DNA of 64,000 nt from IMG/VR virus record IMGVR_UViG_3300035495_000309; one strand, 5' to 3'. Below, piece by piece: positions 50,039 to 59,893 of the stretch; position 1 is the first letter of the stretch; each line of letters opens with the position of its first letter. The position numbers were made by a program, and so were the translations under genes. The stretch is from an uncultured virus (IMG/VR IMGVR_UViG_3300035495_000309) (Duplodnaviria; Heunggongvirae; Uroviricota; Caudoviricetes). A model generated the notes under the pieces. It was not told the DNA's origin and ran no database searches. It worked only from the letters and a program-made list of their open reading frames with translations.

Positions 50039-51025
50039 TTATGAGCCATAAACACGATAAATGAACTCTAAGTCTTTCTCTAAGCTCACATGCTCAGTCG
50101 GGATGTTAAGCTTTGAGAACAGACGGACATTGCAGTAGTCACCGAATTGATCAGCACCGCTCTTATTGAGCTCGCTATATCTTCCTGTGTAAAGTGCTAC
50201 GGTATTGAAACGTGCACTCTCCGGCTGATCCAGCTTGTAGGTAAACCACTCTTTCAAATCATACTCAGAAATGGTAAAGTGAATCTCTACAAGAGACTTT
50301 AATGCATCATCTCTGGACTGGTCCCAAACGGTAGAGTTGGTTGCTGCCGTCTCGGTTACTTTCTTACCAGGCTGTTCATCGGAAGAACGCCATACATGCT
50401 TGATATCCGGGAAAGCTTCAAATCTCTTCAGATAATAAGCAATCTTTCCGGTGTCTGCATCAGTCTTCTTTCCAAAATACATCTGACGCTCGTTAGGATC
50501 GAGCTCAGACTCTGTGTAACGGAATGGAATCATAATTCCATCCATTGATCCATCTGCTGTCTTTACAGTCATCTCGATATCAGTCTCACGATATCCAACC
50601 TTGTGAACAGTGATGTTATTCTCTGCGGTACCGGTAATACCGACACCAACAAGCTGGCACAAATGACCAACCTGATAAATTGCAGAACGGCTGGTAGCTC
50701 CACCCTCGATATCCTGGTTTGTCGGAACAAGGAATGAAGGAACAGTCGACTCATCCGGTAATCCGATTCCATGCTTGGAATAAAGTGTATCCATTACAAT
50801 CGGACCACTTACACCGAAGAGCATCTCAAGAATACTCTGTACACCGGAGATTGGAACTGTGTTTCTCTGTGGATCAAAGATTGGCTCATCCAAATAGGAT
50901 AGAGCAAAACGATCATTGGAATGGTGATAACCATAACCAGCGATAATTTCTGTATCCGCCCATAATCCAGGTTTTATCTCGTCATAAGGATTAATGGCGT
51001 CGCGTATATTTCTAATTTTGGACAT
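50039..51025 (-). CDS. Baseplate wedge/fibre-attachment-type protein
   Basis: VGVGITG...YYLKRF...FNTVALY...LFSKL...FIYRVY pattern; overlaps the upstream gene. Confidence 0.55.
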   Translation of the reverse strand: MSKIRNIRDAINPYDEIKPGLWADTEIIAGYGYHHSNDRFALSYLDEPIFDPQRNTVPISGVQSILEMLFGVSGPIVMDTLYSKHGIGLPDESTVPSFLVPTNQDIEGGATSRSAIYQVGHLCQLVGVGITGTAENNITVHKVGYRETDIEMTVKTADGSMDGIMIPFRYTESELDPNERQMYFGKKTDADTGKIAYYLKRFEAFPDIKHVWRSSDEQPGKKVTETAATNSTVWDQSRDDALKSLVEIHFTISEYDLKEWFTYKLDQPESARFNTVALYTGRYSELNKSGADQFGDYCNVRLFSKLNIPTEHVSLEKDLEFIYRVYGS

Positions 51026-53696
51026 CTGTATCATCCTCCTTTATTTTCTTTACGCAAGTGTCTGTGAAGTTAAGATCACTACTTATCCGTATTGTCCCCG
51101 TAATTCCATCCACCACGTCATATGCATCAAAGGCTTCGTTTACTGCATTTACTTTTGCAATACGAATGCCTTCTTTTAAATCGTAAATATCAAAGGAATC
51201 TTCTACATGCGCAGTTGCATGAATCTTTAAGTATTCCTCTAATTTAAGTTCGTCTTCCACGTTATAATGAACCATGAGGCTATTTAACGTATCCAAAAAG
51301 CCCTGTCCGAATTCTTCTGTGAGCTCATCCACTTTATGGATGTGGTTTGCTTCTGAAAAGAATCGTATGGTGTTTTCCATCTCCCAATCAATGATCATAA
51401 GAGATGACATATCAACGAAGTCCATTACATAAGATTTGAAGAACTTAATCATGATTTGTAATAACTCTGTAAGTGGGGATTCTCCATCATTTAAAAGATA
51501 GAGATATCCAACATCATCAACAACTTCTTCCATCTTATAAATGACATGATCAATATAAGAATAGATAGTATCAGTATCTTCTGAATCTAATTCCTGTAAA
51601 AAGTTGTAAATATCAGAGTTTGTATATAAGAAGTATTCTTCAAAGGTTTCAGCAGGTCTAACACCTTCCTCTGTTTCTACTTCGAACATCTTTGAGCTTT
51701 CCGTACTATAGAAAGCTGTTTCATAAAACTTCCGGATAGCATAATACTCACTTAAATCCTGAGTATTTGACATCTGGTAAGATAAGAAAAGATAGAGTGC
51801 TTCAATATTTGTAAATGCATTATTGAGTGCTTCTCGTTTCTCTTCTGCTGTTGTATCCGGAATCGTAAGCTGTGTAATATAATCGAAGAATTCATTTAAG
51901 TCATCTTCGTTTGTTGTATAAGAAACCAGATGAGTGGGAGCTGTTGTATCCTGTGTACCATCTGCTTTCAAATCCACATCGTGACCATTTACGATCTTAT
52001 ATTCACGATGAGATAAATAAGGAGCCAAAATTGCTTTTGTCTCTTCAATTCGTTCTGGTGTGAAGGCACCAAAATTGAAGCTTAAAACTTCAATATGCTC
52101 ATTCTCACGATTGATTTCCTGGTCAGTTGTTTCCAGGATATGGATGATCTTACTTGGGGTTGTCATAATCTGACCACTTACTCCGAACTTCTTCGATACA
52201 AGAGCGAAGAATAAAATCACCGCATCTTTCAACGTGATTGGAGTATTCGTAATCTTATTTACGTTGACTGTTAAATCCTCTCCAAGTTTTTCAGATTGAT
52301 CGATGATCATCCGCATTAAAATAATGCACTGAAATACCAATTCAGTAATTCTGTAAGGAATTGTAGCACCGAGGTATTTCGTTTCCTGATAATTATAAGC
52401 ACGATCCCAAATCTCTGTGTGAAGTTCATCATCTTCCCACCAGAATGGGTCGTAATAAGTGACTTCACTGTATTCTACACGGTTGTTCTTATCACTTAAT
52501 GCCTCTTTGATATTTGTCTCGGTGATATCCACTTTCTGGAAATAAACACTGTGCATAGATTCATAATCGTAAACTTCTTCTTCTTTTCCTGTCGCAGTAT
52601 TGATCTGCGTTTTCTTTTTAATGATAGGACGTCCATTATCATCAAATCCCTGCTCTTTTACCAGATAATACTGATAAATACTGATGTCCGAAAATCCTAA
52701 GATAGATGCGATATCCAAAATAACTTTATTAGTTGCTTTATTCTGGATTAAGAGATTTAAGTTCTGACAAATCTGTTTCTGGGTCTGCTCATCAATTCTT
52801 GAGAAATATGGTAAACCATAAGTCTCATATAATAGCTTCACCATGTATTCATCATAAAACTCACGCTCTACTGCATTCTGTACGCTTCGCATAGAAACCT
52901 GTTGGATCGTCATGATAAAAATGCAAAGCGCAATGAAATTCTCATAATATGGAATCACATTGCGTAATTCATAAGTATAAGCAGTTGACATGAAATAGTT
53001 CCGGCATTTCTCATAAGAACGAATAAACTCACGGTAAGTACTTTCCATGACATTTTCCTGTTCCACTGCAAGGATTGCAAAGTTCTTTGCCTGTCTTGCA
53101 TAAGAAAGAGTAATACGGTGCGTCCCAATATGCTTTAAATATTCTTTCTCTGGATATTGTGCAATTAGGTCATCAAAATAACCTTCACCATCCAGAAGTG
53201 TGATATAATAATCACCCAACTCAGAAGCAATCTTATGTACAGGGATTCCTTCTGGGATGTTATACTTCTCTCGAAGATCATCTGGAGGATAAATAAAATC
53301 GGTGTCCTCCAAATCTGGTTCACCGATTAACATACGATAGTAGTTGTTTTGCTCTACATATTCCGAGATCTCACGTTCTCTTCGATACTGTAAGAGTTTT
53401 GATCTATATTCGGATGGTACTGAGAAGCGATCAATTTGATAAGAGAGAATCGCTTTCTCATCGGTGATTCCAGCACGAATAAATTCTTCTGCGGTGTAAT
53501 CATCGTATTGTAAATACGTGTCTGTCCCGCTTAATGCATTGATATATCTGTCTGCCTTTGACTTTGATTCAAAGGTTTCTAATTCATCAGCTTTGTATTT
53601 GTATTTGATTGTGATCGAATTCAAAATACGAATGATGTCTTCATAAAGCCGTTTAATCGGGTTTATTTCACTCAATCTTTCATCACCACCCTTCAT
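51012..53696 (-). CDS. Large baseplate protein
   Basis: 894 aa; YETYGLP...NLNLLIQNKAT...IASILG resembles wedge (gpI/gp7-type) motifs; ACA-N6-TAA at 53706-53717. Confidence 0.55.
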   Translation of the reverse strand: MKGGDERLSEINPIKRLYEDIIRILNSITIKYKYKADELETFESKSKADRYINALSGTDTYLQYDDYTAEEFIRAGITDEKAILSYQIDRFSVPSEYRSKLLQYRREREISEYVEQNNYYRMLIGEPDLEDTDFIYPPDDLREKYNIPEGIPVHKIASELGDYYITLLDGEGYFDDLIAQYPEKEYLKHIGTHRITLSYARQAKNFAILAVEQENVMESTYREFIRSYEKCRNYFMSTAYTYELRNVIPYYENFIALCIFIMTIQQVSMRSVQNAVEREFYDEYMVKLLYETYGLPYFSRIDEQTQKQICQNLNLLIQNKATNKVILDIASILGFSDISIYQYYLVKEQGFDDNGRPIIKKKTQINTATGKEEEVYDYESMHSVYFQKVDITETNIKEALSDKNNRVEYSEVTYYDPFWWEDDELHTEIWDRAYNYQETKYLGATIPYRITELVFQCIILMRMIIDQSEKLGEDLTVNVNKITNTPITLKDAVILFFALVSKKFGVSGQIMTTPSKIIHILETTDQEINRENEHIEVLSFNFGAFTPERIEETKAILAPYLSHREYKIVNGHDVDLKADGTQDTTAPTHLVSYTTNEDDLNEFFDYITQLTIPDTTAEEKREALNNAFTNIEALYLFLSYQMSNTQDLSEYYAIRKFYETAFYSTESSKMFEVETEEGVRPAETFEEYFLYTNSDIYNFLQELDSEDTDTIYSYIDHVIYKMEEVVDDVGYLYLLNDGESPLTELLQIMIKFFKSYVMDFVDMSSLMIIDWEMENTIRFFSEANHIHKVDELTEEFGQGFLDTLNSLMVHYNVEDELKLEEYLKIHATAHVEDSFDIYDLKEGIRIAKVNAVNEAFDAYDVVDGITGTIRISSDLNFTDTCVKKIKEDDTDVQN

Positions 53697-53773
53697 ATTA
53701 GCCTATTAAAGAATTGTCCATGATTGAAAATGAAACCTGAACTCAAGTATAAGGCTTATGTTAGGGAAAGGAG

Positions 53774-54409
53774 ATGAGAAAATTGGCAAAAGAGCTACCA
53801 AACATTACATATGACACAAGCGGGAAAACAGCTATTATAGATTCCCCAAGTTCAATGTATATGCTTCCGTTTGAGAAGGATGAAGAATACTTCTCTAATT
53901 TAGAATCAAGAAATCGCTTCATTAAAAAGACAGAAGCGTTGATTCGGAAAGATAAGCGATATAAGAAGTATATCAATTATTTAAAGAAAAACGTAAAATT
54001 GAATCGATGTCAGGTGTTATCTAACCTGACAGATAAAGATTGTACTATAGAAATGCACCACGGTCCAATCTTTACACTCTATGACATCTGCGATATCGTC
54101 ATCGACTATTACCTTCGTAGACACTATAAGATTACAACCTTTGCTATTGCGGACACAGTGTTGAAAGAGCACTTTCGGAATCATATACAGGTTGTAATGT
54201 TATCCACAACGATTCATCAAGAAGTGCATGACCGCGAGCTTTTTATCAATGTGAAACAAGCTTGGGGTGATTTGAATGCATTTTTAAAGAAATACGGAAT
54301 TACAGAGGATCTAAAGGAGAAATACAACCGGTATGTAGATCGTTCTCTGATGATGGATTCGACAAGTTATGAGCTTCTAAAATTGTCGGATAAAATCGTA
54401 AATGGATAA
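53774..54409 (+). CDS. HNH-like fold protein, paralog of 62772..63464
   Basis: C...IEMHHGPIFTLYDI...LSTTIHQEVH; ACT-N6-TAA at 53741-53752. Confidence 0.65.
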   Translation: MRKLAKELPNITYDTSGKTAIIDSPSSMYMLPFEKDEEYFSNLESRNRFIKKTEALIRKDKRYKKYINYLKKNVKLNRCQVLSNLTDKDCTIEMHHGPIFTLYDICDIVIDYYLRRHYKITTFAIADTVLKEHFRNHIQVVMLSTTIHQEVHDRELFINVKQAWGDLNAFLKKYGITEDLKEKYNRYVDRSLMMDSTSYELLKLSDKIVNG

Positions 54410-54524
54410 GGTAGTAGGAACTAGTCATAATGTATTATAGGAAAATCAGGGGGAGTTCATATGGTCGAGAATGGTTAGACCTTAATATATCAATAAAAAA
54501 AAAATAAAGGGAAGGTGAATAAAG

Positions 54525-54983
54525 ATGAAGTACTTAATTATGGTGGGTGCAGTAGTACTACTGATCTTTATGTTCATGATTCTTGAGAACGTAAATGGTC
54601 TGGTAAGAGAGATGCGAAATAGAACGAAGGCTCAATCATTGCTACTTATTAAAGATGAGCACAGTTTATCTGCGAATGTAGCAGCAACAACAGAGTTGCT
54701 ACAATTTATCACATATTTGATAGATGTAGAGATTTCGGAACGTGTCTCATTACTTACGTTTATGCGACAACGGTACAACATGCAAAACATCGATAAGGAT
54801 GTACAAAATATCGGTGAGCATGTATTTAAATCAATAAAAAAAGAAGTGCTCTTGAATGCAGAACTGATTGTTGATCAGGAGTATCTCATGAAATTTATTT
54901 CTGTTGAAGTCACATTAAGATTGACAGCACAGATGACGGAACATAATATTGCGATCGCACCAGTACAAAGTTCACAGGAGTAA
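54525..54983 (+). CDS. N-terminally anchored membrane protein
   Basis: Hydrophobic N-terminus; bidirectional terminator at 54985-55030. Confidence 0.7.
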   Translation: MKYLIMVGAVVLLIFMFMILENVNGLVREMRNRTKAQSLLLIKDEHSLSANVAATTELLQFITYLIDVEISERVSLLTFMRQRYNMQNIDKDVQNIGEHVFKSIKKEVLLNAELIVDQEYLMKFISVEVTLRLTAQMTEHNIAIAPVQSSQE

Positions 54984-55032
54984 AAAAAAAAAGAGGCGTG
55001 GATAGATTTACCACGCCTCTCTTTCTTTTGTC

Positions 55033-55743
55033 TTAATTTTTACCGAGGAGCTTCAAAAGCCCTCGAGTCACACTACCAACAGCAAGTGTCAGGGTAACAC
55101 CCACGAGAAAGCCAGAACCAGCTGAGAATTTCATGATATCAGTTACCTGATCTTCATCATAAGTCTTTGGTTCATCTCCGGCTTCTGCATCCTCACTTTC
55201 AAGGACCTCGTTTAAAACATCACTGACTGTATTCTCAATACCTTTGAGTCTGTTGATGGCCTCTGTGATATGTTGCTTGATCTCTTCTGTACTCATCTCT
55301 TCAGAACCGCAAAGATCACTGATCGATTTTCCAACATAATCATCCGGATCAAGATCATCGGGAATCCTATCATATTCTTCAACGTAGCAATCACCCTTCC
55401 AATACTCATTGATCGGAGCGTTTGTGATGAAGAGGATATCTTCACCATCGGTTTCTTCTTCAGCCGATACCTGAATCTCCGGTACATACCCATCCTCAAC
55501 GTAAATCCGAATAGCCTCACTCTTACTATGAATAATAGCGTTCCAGAAATTCTCATCGCTGGTTAAACCTTCAGCTGAGACAACCCAATCCGGATTATTG
55601 ATGGTGAAGATCGACCACACATGGTTTCTAACGGTAGCCATACAGAGCTTCCCGAATTCTCCATCTGGTAAATAGAGCACCTTCTTAATGTGCTCTGTAT
55701 TCTCACTGTTAATACGACGAGTGTAAACATTGTAACCTTTCAT
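55033..55743 (-). CDS. Acidic protein with C-terminal membrane anchor
   Basis: GFLVGVTLTLAVG tail; SD ggaggg. Confidence 0.7.
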   Translation of the reverse strand: MKGYNVYTRRINSENTEHIKKVLYLPDGEFGKLCMATVRNHVWSIFTINNPDWVVSAEGLTSDENFWNAIIHSKSEAIRIYVEDGYVPEIQVSAEEETDGEDILFITNAPINEYWKGDCYVEEYDRIPDDLDPDDYVGKSISDLCGSEEMSTEEIKQHITEAINRLKGIENTVSDVLNEVLESEDAEAGDEPKTYDEDQVTDIMKFSAGSGFLVGVTLTLAVGSVTRGLLKLLGKN

Positions 55744-55755
55744 TTCATTTCCCTC

Positions 55756-56487
55756 CTACTTCATCAACTTATCAACAAGCTTCGTAAGTACAAAGCCTCC
55801 AACAACACCGGCACTAACACCGATAATCAGAGAAGTCTTATCGATGACTTTCTCTTCATGCTCTGTCGCAAAGATCTCTTTCCAATCTTCGGCAGATTCT
55901 TTTGCCATATTCATTACACCGCTGACATAGTCTTCGGCATCATCATAGAGCTTTTCGAGTGCCGCTGCATATTCATCAGCAGTTTTATTCAGTTTTTCAA
56001 CATCTGGTTCAGCCTTTGGTGCTTCCGGCTCTGGTGAATCTGTCTTAAGCGGAATATCCTTAACATCCGGAACTTCAACAAACGGATTCTCATCATCTTC
56101 GACTTCATTCCAGTCTGCAATGGCGTCAACTTCACTCTCCACTTCAACCTCGCCGCTATCCAGAACCTTAAGACCGAGATCATCCATCATGGTGATTGAG
56201 ATCAACTTAACAGAATCCAGTTCATTGAGAAATGCGACGATCTCCGCGGATGTCTTATAGCTGTTATAGTTGTTCTCCTCTTTCACAAGGTTCTTCATAT
56301 CCAATTCCGGATTGAATGCCCTTACAACCATCGGATTTCTACTGTGGATATTATACTCCTTCCACAAACCGTGCTCGCGATTGTAGAGAATGAAAAATCC
56401 ATCAACCCACGCATACATTACCTCATCAGCGTGAGATACAATCTCTGGTGTTACATGCTCTTTCTTTAAAACATAATTGTGTCTCAT
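55756..56487 (-). CDS. Acidic protein with C-terminal membrane anchor
   Basis: LIIGVSAGVVGGFVL tail; SD aaggag. Confidence 0.7.
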   Translation of the reverse strand: MRHNYVLKKEHVTPEIVSHADEVMYAWVDGFFILYNREHGLWKEYNIHSRNPMVVRAFNPELDMKNLVKEENNYNSYKTSAEIVAFLNELDSVKLISITMMDDLGLKVLDSGEVEVESEVDAIADWNEVEDDENPFVEVPDVKDIPLKTDSPEPEAPKAEPDVEKLNKTADEYAAALEKLYDDAEDYVSGVMNMAKESAEDWKEIFATEHEEKVIDKTSLIIGVSAGVVGGFVLTKLVDKLMK

Positions 56488-56593
56488 AGTGACTCCTTTC
56501 TTTCACACCTTAAAGGGGTTTTGTGTGATCCCTTTGATACGACGACAAAAAATAAGGGAGCGATTTTTCACGCTCCCTAAAAATACTATAAAA

Positions 56594-56722
56594 TCATTCC
56601 ACAGCTTTCTTCGCCTTTCTTTTTTCCCGCCGATTCATCACGAATGATACGGCAGTCGTCATTGCGATTACACGAATCAATGATTCAACTACAAGTTTCC
56701 CAATCGATTTCTCTTCTTTCAT
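56594..56722 (-). CDS. Small membrane peptide (42 aa, MKEEKSIGKLVVESLIRVIAMTTAVSFVMNRR...)
   Basis: SD aaggagg; followed by hairpin agggagcg...cgctccct. Confidence 0.65.
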   Translation of the reverse strand: MKEEKSIGKLVVESLIRVIAMTTAVSFVMNRREKRKAKKAVE

Positions 56723-56817
56723 CTTATTTTCCTCCTTGGAATAAATTCAACATGAGATTTCTTTCTCTCTCACATCAATTAAATATTACATAAATAAAAT
56801 CAGAGGAAATGCAAAAG

Positions 56818-57561
56818 CTAGAGTAACATCATAAGAAACTTCAAAATCAATTGCAAGTTATAAGAAGTATCAACCAGCTCCAGATTTTCTGTATATTCTT
56901 CATCTGCATATCTCCCATCAAAATAATGGAAGTTACTTCTTGCATTGAATTCTCTGTAATATCCAGGGTCTAATTTTCTCCATTTGTATTGGTCATAAAA
57001 ATCCCTGATATATCTTAAATAAGAATCCCTTGGTGTTGCTTCAATGCGATGAATCATATCGTTTAAAAAGGAACCGAAATACATGCTATGCTTTGTTTCA
57101 TAGATTTCGTCATCAATTCCTTTTATATCTAACCCTTCTGGTTTCTTAAATATCTTAACTCCCAAATTCACATAAGAAGTATAAGCATTCTTCTTTCGAA
57201 AATTAATATTCTTAGTCACTTGCTCGTGCTCTACATAACGGGTAACAAAGATTGCATCCCTATGAATGGATACAACCTCTTCCTCTAAAATCTCATTTTG
57301 TTCAAAAAAGAACTTCCTGGCTGCTTCAAAGGCAATTTTCTCTTTTGCAGAATACCCTTCTGTATCTCTCTTGATACAACCAATAGCAATCTCTCGTTCT
57401 TTCTTTGGTAAATTTTCTATCTTGCGAATTTCTTCTTCTGGCAATAAGTCGAATTCTCTCGCAAGCGAAGTATTTGCACTCTTCATATCATACTCAATAA
57501 TCGTATAGTTGAAGAGTGCATTCAGTGGTGTATCATAGCTGTCTCTTGACCATAAAGCCAT
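56818..57561 (-). CDS. Minimal family-B DNA polymerase-like palm protein
   Basis: Motif A-like IIEYDMKSAN, motif C-like SIHRDAIF, later IKGI; only 247 aa. Confidence 0.55.
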   Translation of the reverse strand: MALWSRDSYDTPLNALFNYTIIEYDMKSANTSLAREFDLLPEEEIRKIENLPKKEREIAIGCIKRDTEGYSAKEKIAFEAARKFFFEQNEILEEEVVSIHRDAIFVTRYVEHEQVTKNINFRKKNAYTSYVNLGVKIFKKPEGLDIKGIDDEIYETKHSMYFGSFLNDMIHRIEATPRDSYLRYIRDFYDQYKWRKLDPGYYREFNARSNFHYFDGRYADEEYTENLELVDTSYNLQLILKFLMMLL

Positions 57562-57564
57562 AAT

Positions 57565-58200
57565 TTATCCCTCTTTAAAGTTGTCTTCTAACAACTTTCT
57601 CATCTCATCAAGATCGAGTCCATCATAATCAAGTTTACGATGTTTCAACTCTTTCTTTACTTTCTTCTTTGATAATCCTGTTACATATCTACGAACTTCA
57701 GCTGGTCGCATCTTCATTCGGTGCAACCGTTTTACCTCTTTCTTATAATACAACAGGCGTTCCAACACATCTTCCAAATCAAAACTCCGTTCTTCCGGAT
57801 ATAAACAGACTGGAAAATGTAAAAGATCTTCAATCGTCTCAGCAATAATTTGCATATACCCAGAACGCAATTCATTTGGACTGCATAAAAATAGTGTATT
57901 CTCATCTGCAACCAAGAATGCTTGTACTGTTGAAATGATTAGATCTAGTGATTTTGGTTCCCTGAGAAGAAAAAATTTAAATTTTTCTTTTGCCAATTCG
58001 GAGTCGGAATCTAATTCCATCCCGACTCCTTTTAACATCCCAGAGTTGATAAACATGTTTGAAGCCATAAGCACATTGTCATATTCTTTCGTCACTTTAA
58101 TGCGACTACTGATGATAATGAAATTGGTCTTCTTAATTACCTCTGGGTCTTCCTTGGCATATTTCTTCATAAGGGTTATCGTATCTGCGTAATAAATCAT
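57565..58200 (-). CDS. Hypothetical protein
   Basis: 211 aa, SD ggggtg. Confidence 0.75.
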   Translation of the reverse strand: MIYYADTITLMKKYAKEDPEVIKKTNFIIISSRIKVTKEYDNVLMASNMFINSGMLKGVGMELDSDSELAKEKFKFFLLREPKSLDLIISTVQAFLVADENTLFLCSPNELRSGYMQIIAETIEDLLHFPVCLYPEERSFDLEDVLERLLYYKKEVKRLHRMKMRPAEVRRYVTGLSKKKVKKELKHRKLDYDGLDLDEMRKLLEDNFKEG

Positions 58201-58222
58201 TTACTTCACCCCCGAAGTTTCT

Positions 58223-59893
58223 TTAACCTCTGTTGACTCCGATGATCATCTGATCTTCGTCTACTTCTTCTTTCGCTTCAGAGGTTTCTGCTTTTTGTAC
58301 TTCGTGTGCTTCAGAAGATTCTTCACGTCGTTCTTCTTCTCTCTCTTTTTCGACTTCTTCTTCTGCTGGTACAACATCCTGCTGATATCCGACTGATTGT
58401 GAGCTACTTCTTTCATCATCTTCCGCTGCTCCTTCTCTGTTTCCCTCGACCGGAGATACATTTCGATCATCGCTCGAATCTGTGTATCTGTTCCCAGCCC
58501 CATCTGATACAGCATGTTCATTGTGTACTTGAACATTGTCGGTTTCTGCTGAAGAATCTGAAAGATCTGCTCTTGTGTTAGCGGCGTCTGCTGGAAAGCT
58601 GGCATCATCAACTGATGCACCTTCTCTTTCTGCGTTCTCCGCGTCTGGATTTACGTATCCACCGATTTTGTGTTCACTGTTATACTGTGCAGCCCAAGCA
58701 GCTAATGCTTCCGGGGTCATTGCAGCTTCGGTCCCATTCGGTGCCTGATCATATGGATTCTCTTCCTCTGGTGCAGCATCTTCAGAATCATCATAATTCT
58801 CATCTGCCGGATACTTCTCATCAGGATCTCTGTAGATGTTGAACATGGTCCCAAGCCCATAGAACATACATTCATCGATGTCTGTTGCTGTAGTAATTGG
58901 AGCCAGGAACTCTGCATTCTGAAGAACGCCTTCCTCATCGTACTCCATTGTATCCTTGATACCTTCAAAGAAATTGGTGATGTCTTTCTCATCCAGAAGC
59001 TCTTCCATATAGCAAGATAATCCACCGGACATATCCTTGAAGTTAATCCAGCGGAGCTCATGCATCTGTCTCTGTAATGTAGAGAGTGTAAGGATGAGTG
59101 CATCCGGGTCATCCATATGATCGCTGATAATATCGATCCACTCATCTATCAAACGATCCGGAATCATATAACCGAAAACATATTCCGGCGCATCATCTGA
59201 AATACAGAGTGTTGTATATCTCATGTCGATTACATCGACATCATGGTGAAGTGTTTCTTCATGAAACTCCTCTTTATCCATGATAAGCGACGGCATTCCC
59301 CAAAGTACATGGGAACTTGCCATTCCATAGGCAAGTGACATGAGAGACCCCTGGATCTGCTCCTCATCGGTTCTTCCATCATTTACAAGTGGAATATTTC
59401 TTACAGAGAATTCCTCCGCTCCTTCCTTTGCATAAGGAATCATCAGACAGTTACCAGCCCAATCATGAACCTGGATGAAAAGTTTTCCACCACGCTCAAT
59501 ATCCTGTACGAATGGAAGGGACTCGGAAGACATTGTGACAGTAACTGTCGTGCCTTTATTTGCATCTTCAGGCTTCTCATTTACTACTGGAGCCTTCGGC
59601 TGTTCTGTATATACAGGACGCTCAACCGGCTTTGGTGCAGGTGCAACTGTTTCAACCGGAGTCTGATAATTCCTCGGAGTCTCCTGTCTTCTCGGAACAC
59701 CAACCTCCATTAATGCTTCATCAATGACTCTCTGTGAAGCTTCTTTTGTTGCCATCGGTGCATTTCCTGATCTCACACCGTACTGCTTGCGAATCATTTC
59801 CTCTAATGCCGAATCAGAAAAGAGGGCCTGTTCATTCAGGTCCCCTTTCATCTCATTCGTTGTCCATCTTCTTTTGCCTTTCTTTTTACCCAT
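58223..59893 (-). CDS. Acidic hypothetical protein with disordered termini
   Basis: 556 aa; SD aaggagg; overlaps the kinase stop. Confidence 0.75.
   Translation of the reverse strand: MGKKKGKRRWTTNEMKGDLNEQALFSDSALEEMIRKQYGVRSGNAPMATKEASQRVIDEALMEVGVPRRQETPRNYQTPVETVAPAPKPVERPVYTEQPKAPVVNEKPEDANKGTTVTVTMSSESLPFVQDIERGGKLFIQVHDWAGNCLMIPYAKEGAEEFSVRNIPLVNDGRTDEEQIQGSLMSLAYGMASSHVLWGMPSLIMDKEEFHEETLHHDVDVIDMRYTTLCISDDAPEYVFGYMIPDRLIDEWIDIISDHMDDPDALILTLSTLQRQMHELRWINFKDMSGGLSCYMEELLDEKDITNFFEGIKDTMEYDEEGVLQNAEFLAPITTATDIDECMFYGLGTMFNIYRDPDEKYPADENYDDSEDAAPEEENPYDQAPNGTEAAMTPEALAAWAAQYNSEHKIGGYVNPDAENAEREGASVDDASFPADAANTRADLSDSSAETDNVQVHNEHAVSDGAGNRYTDSSDDRNVSPVEGNREGAAEDDERSSSQSVGYQQDVVPAEEEVEKEREEERREESSEAHEVQKAETSEAKEEVDEDQMIIGVNRG

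Noticed and set aside
54449..54478. SD-led mini-ORF MVENG
   Set aside because: Five codons with no other support; may be chance.
58717..59145. 142-aa alternate-frame ORF inside 58223..59893
   Set aside because: No convincing SD; composition typical of a +1 shadow of acidic codons.
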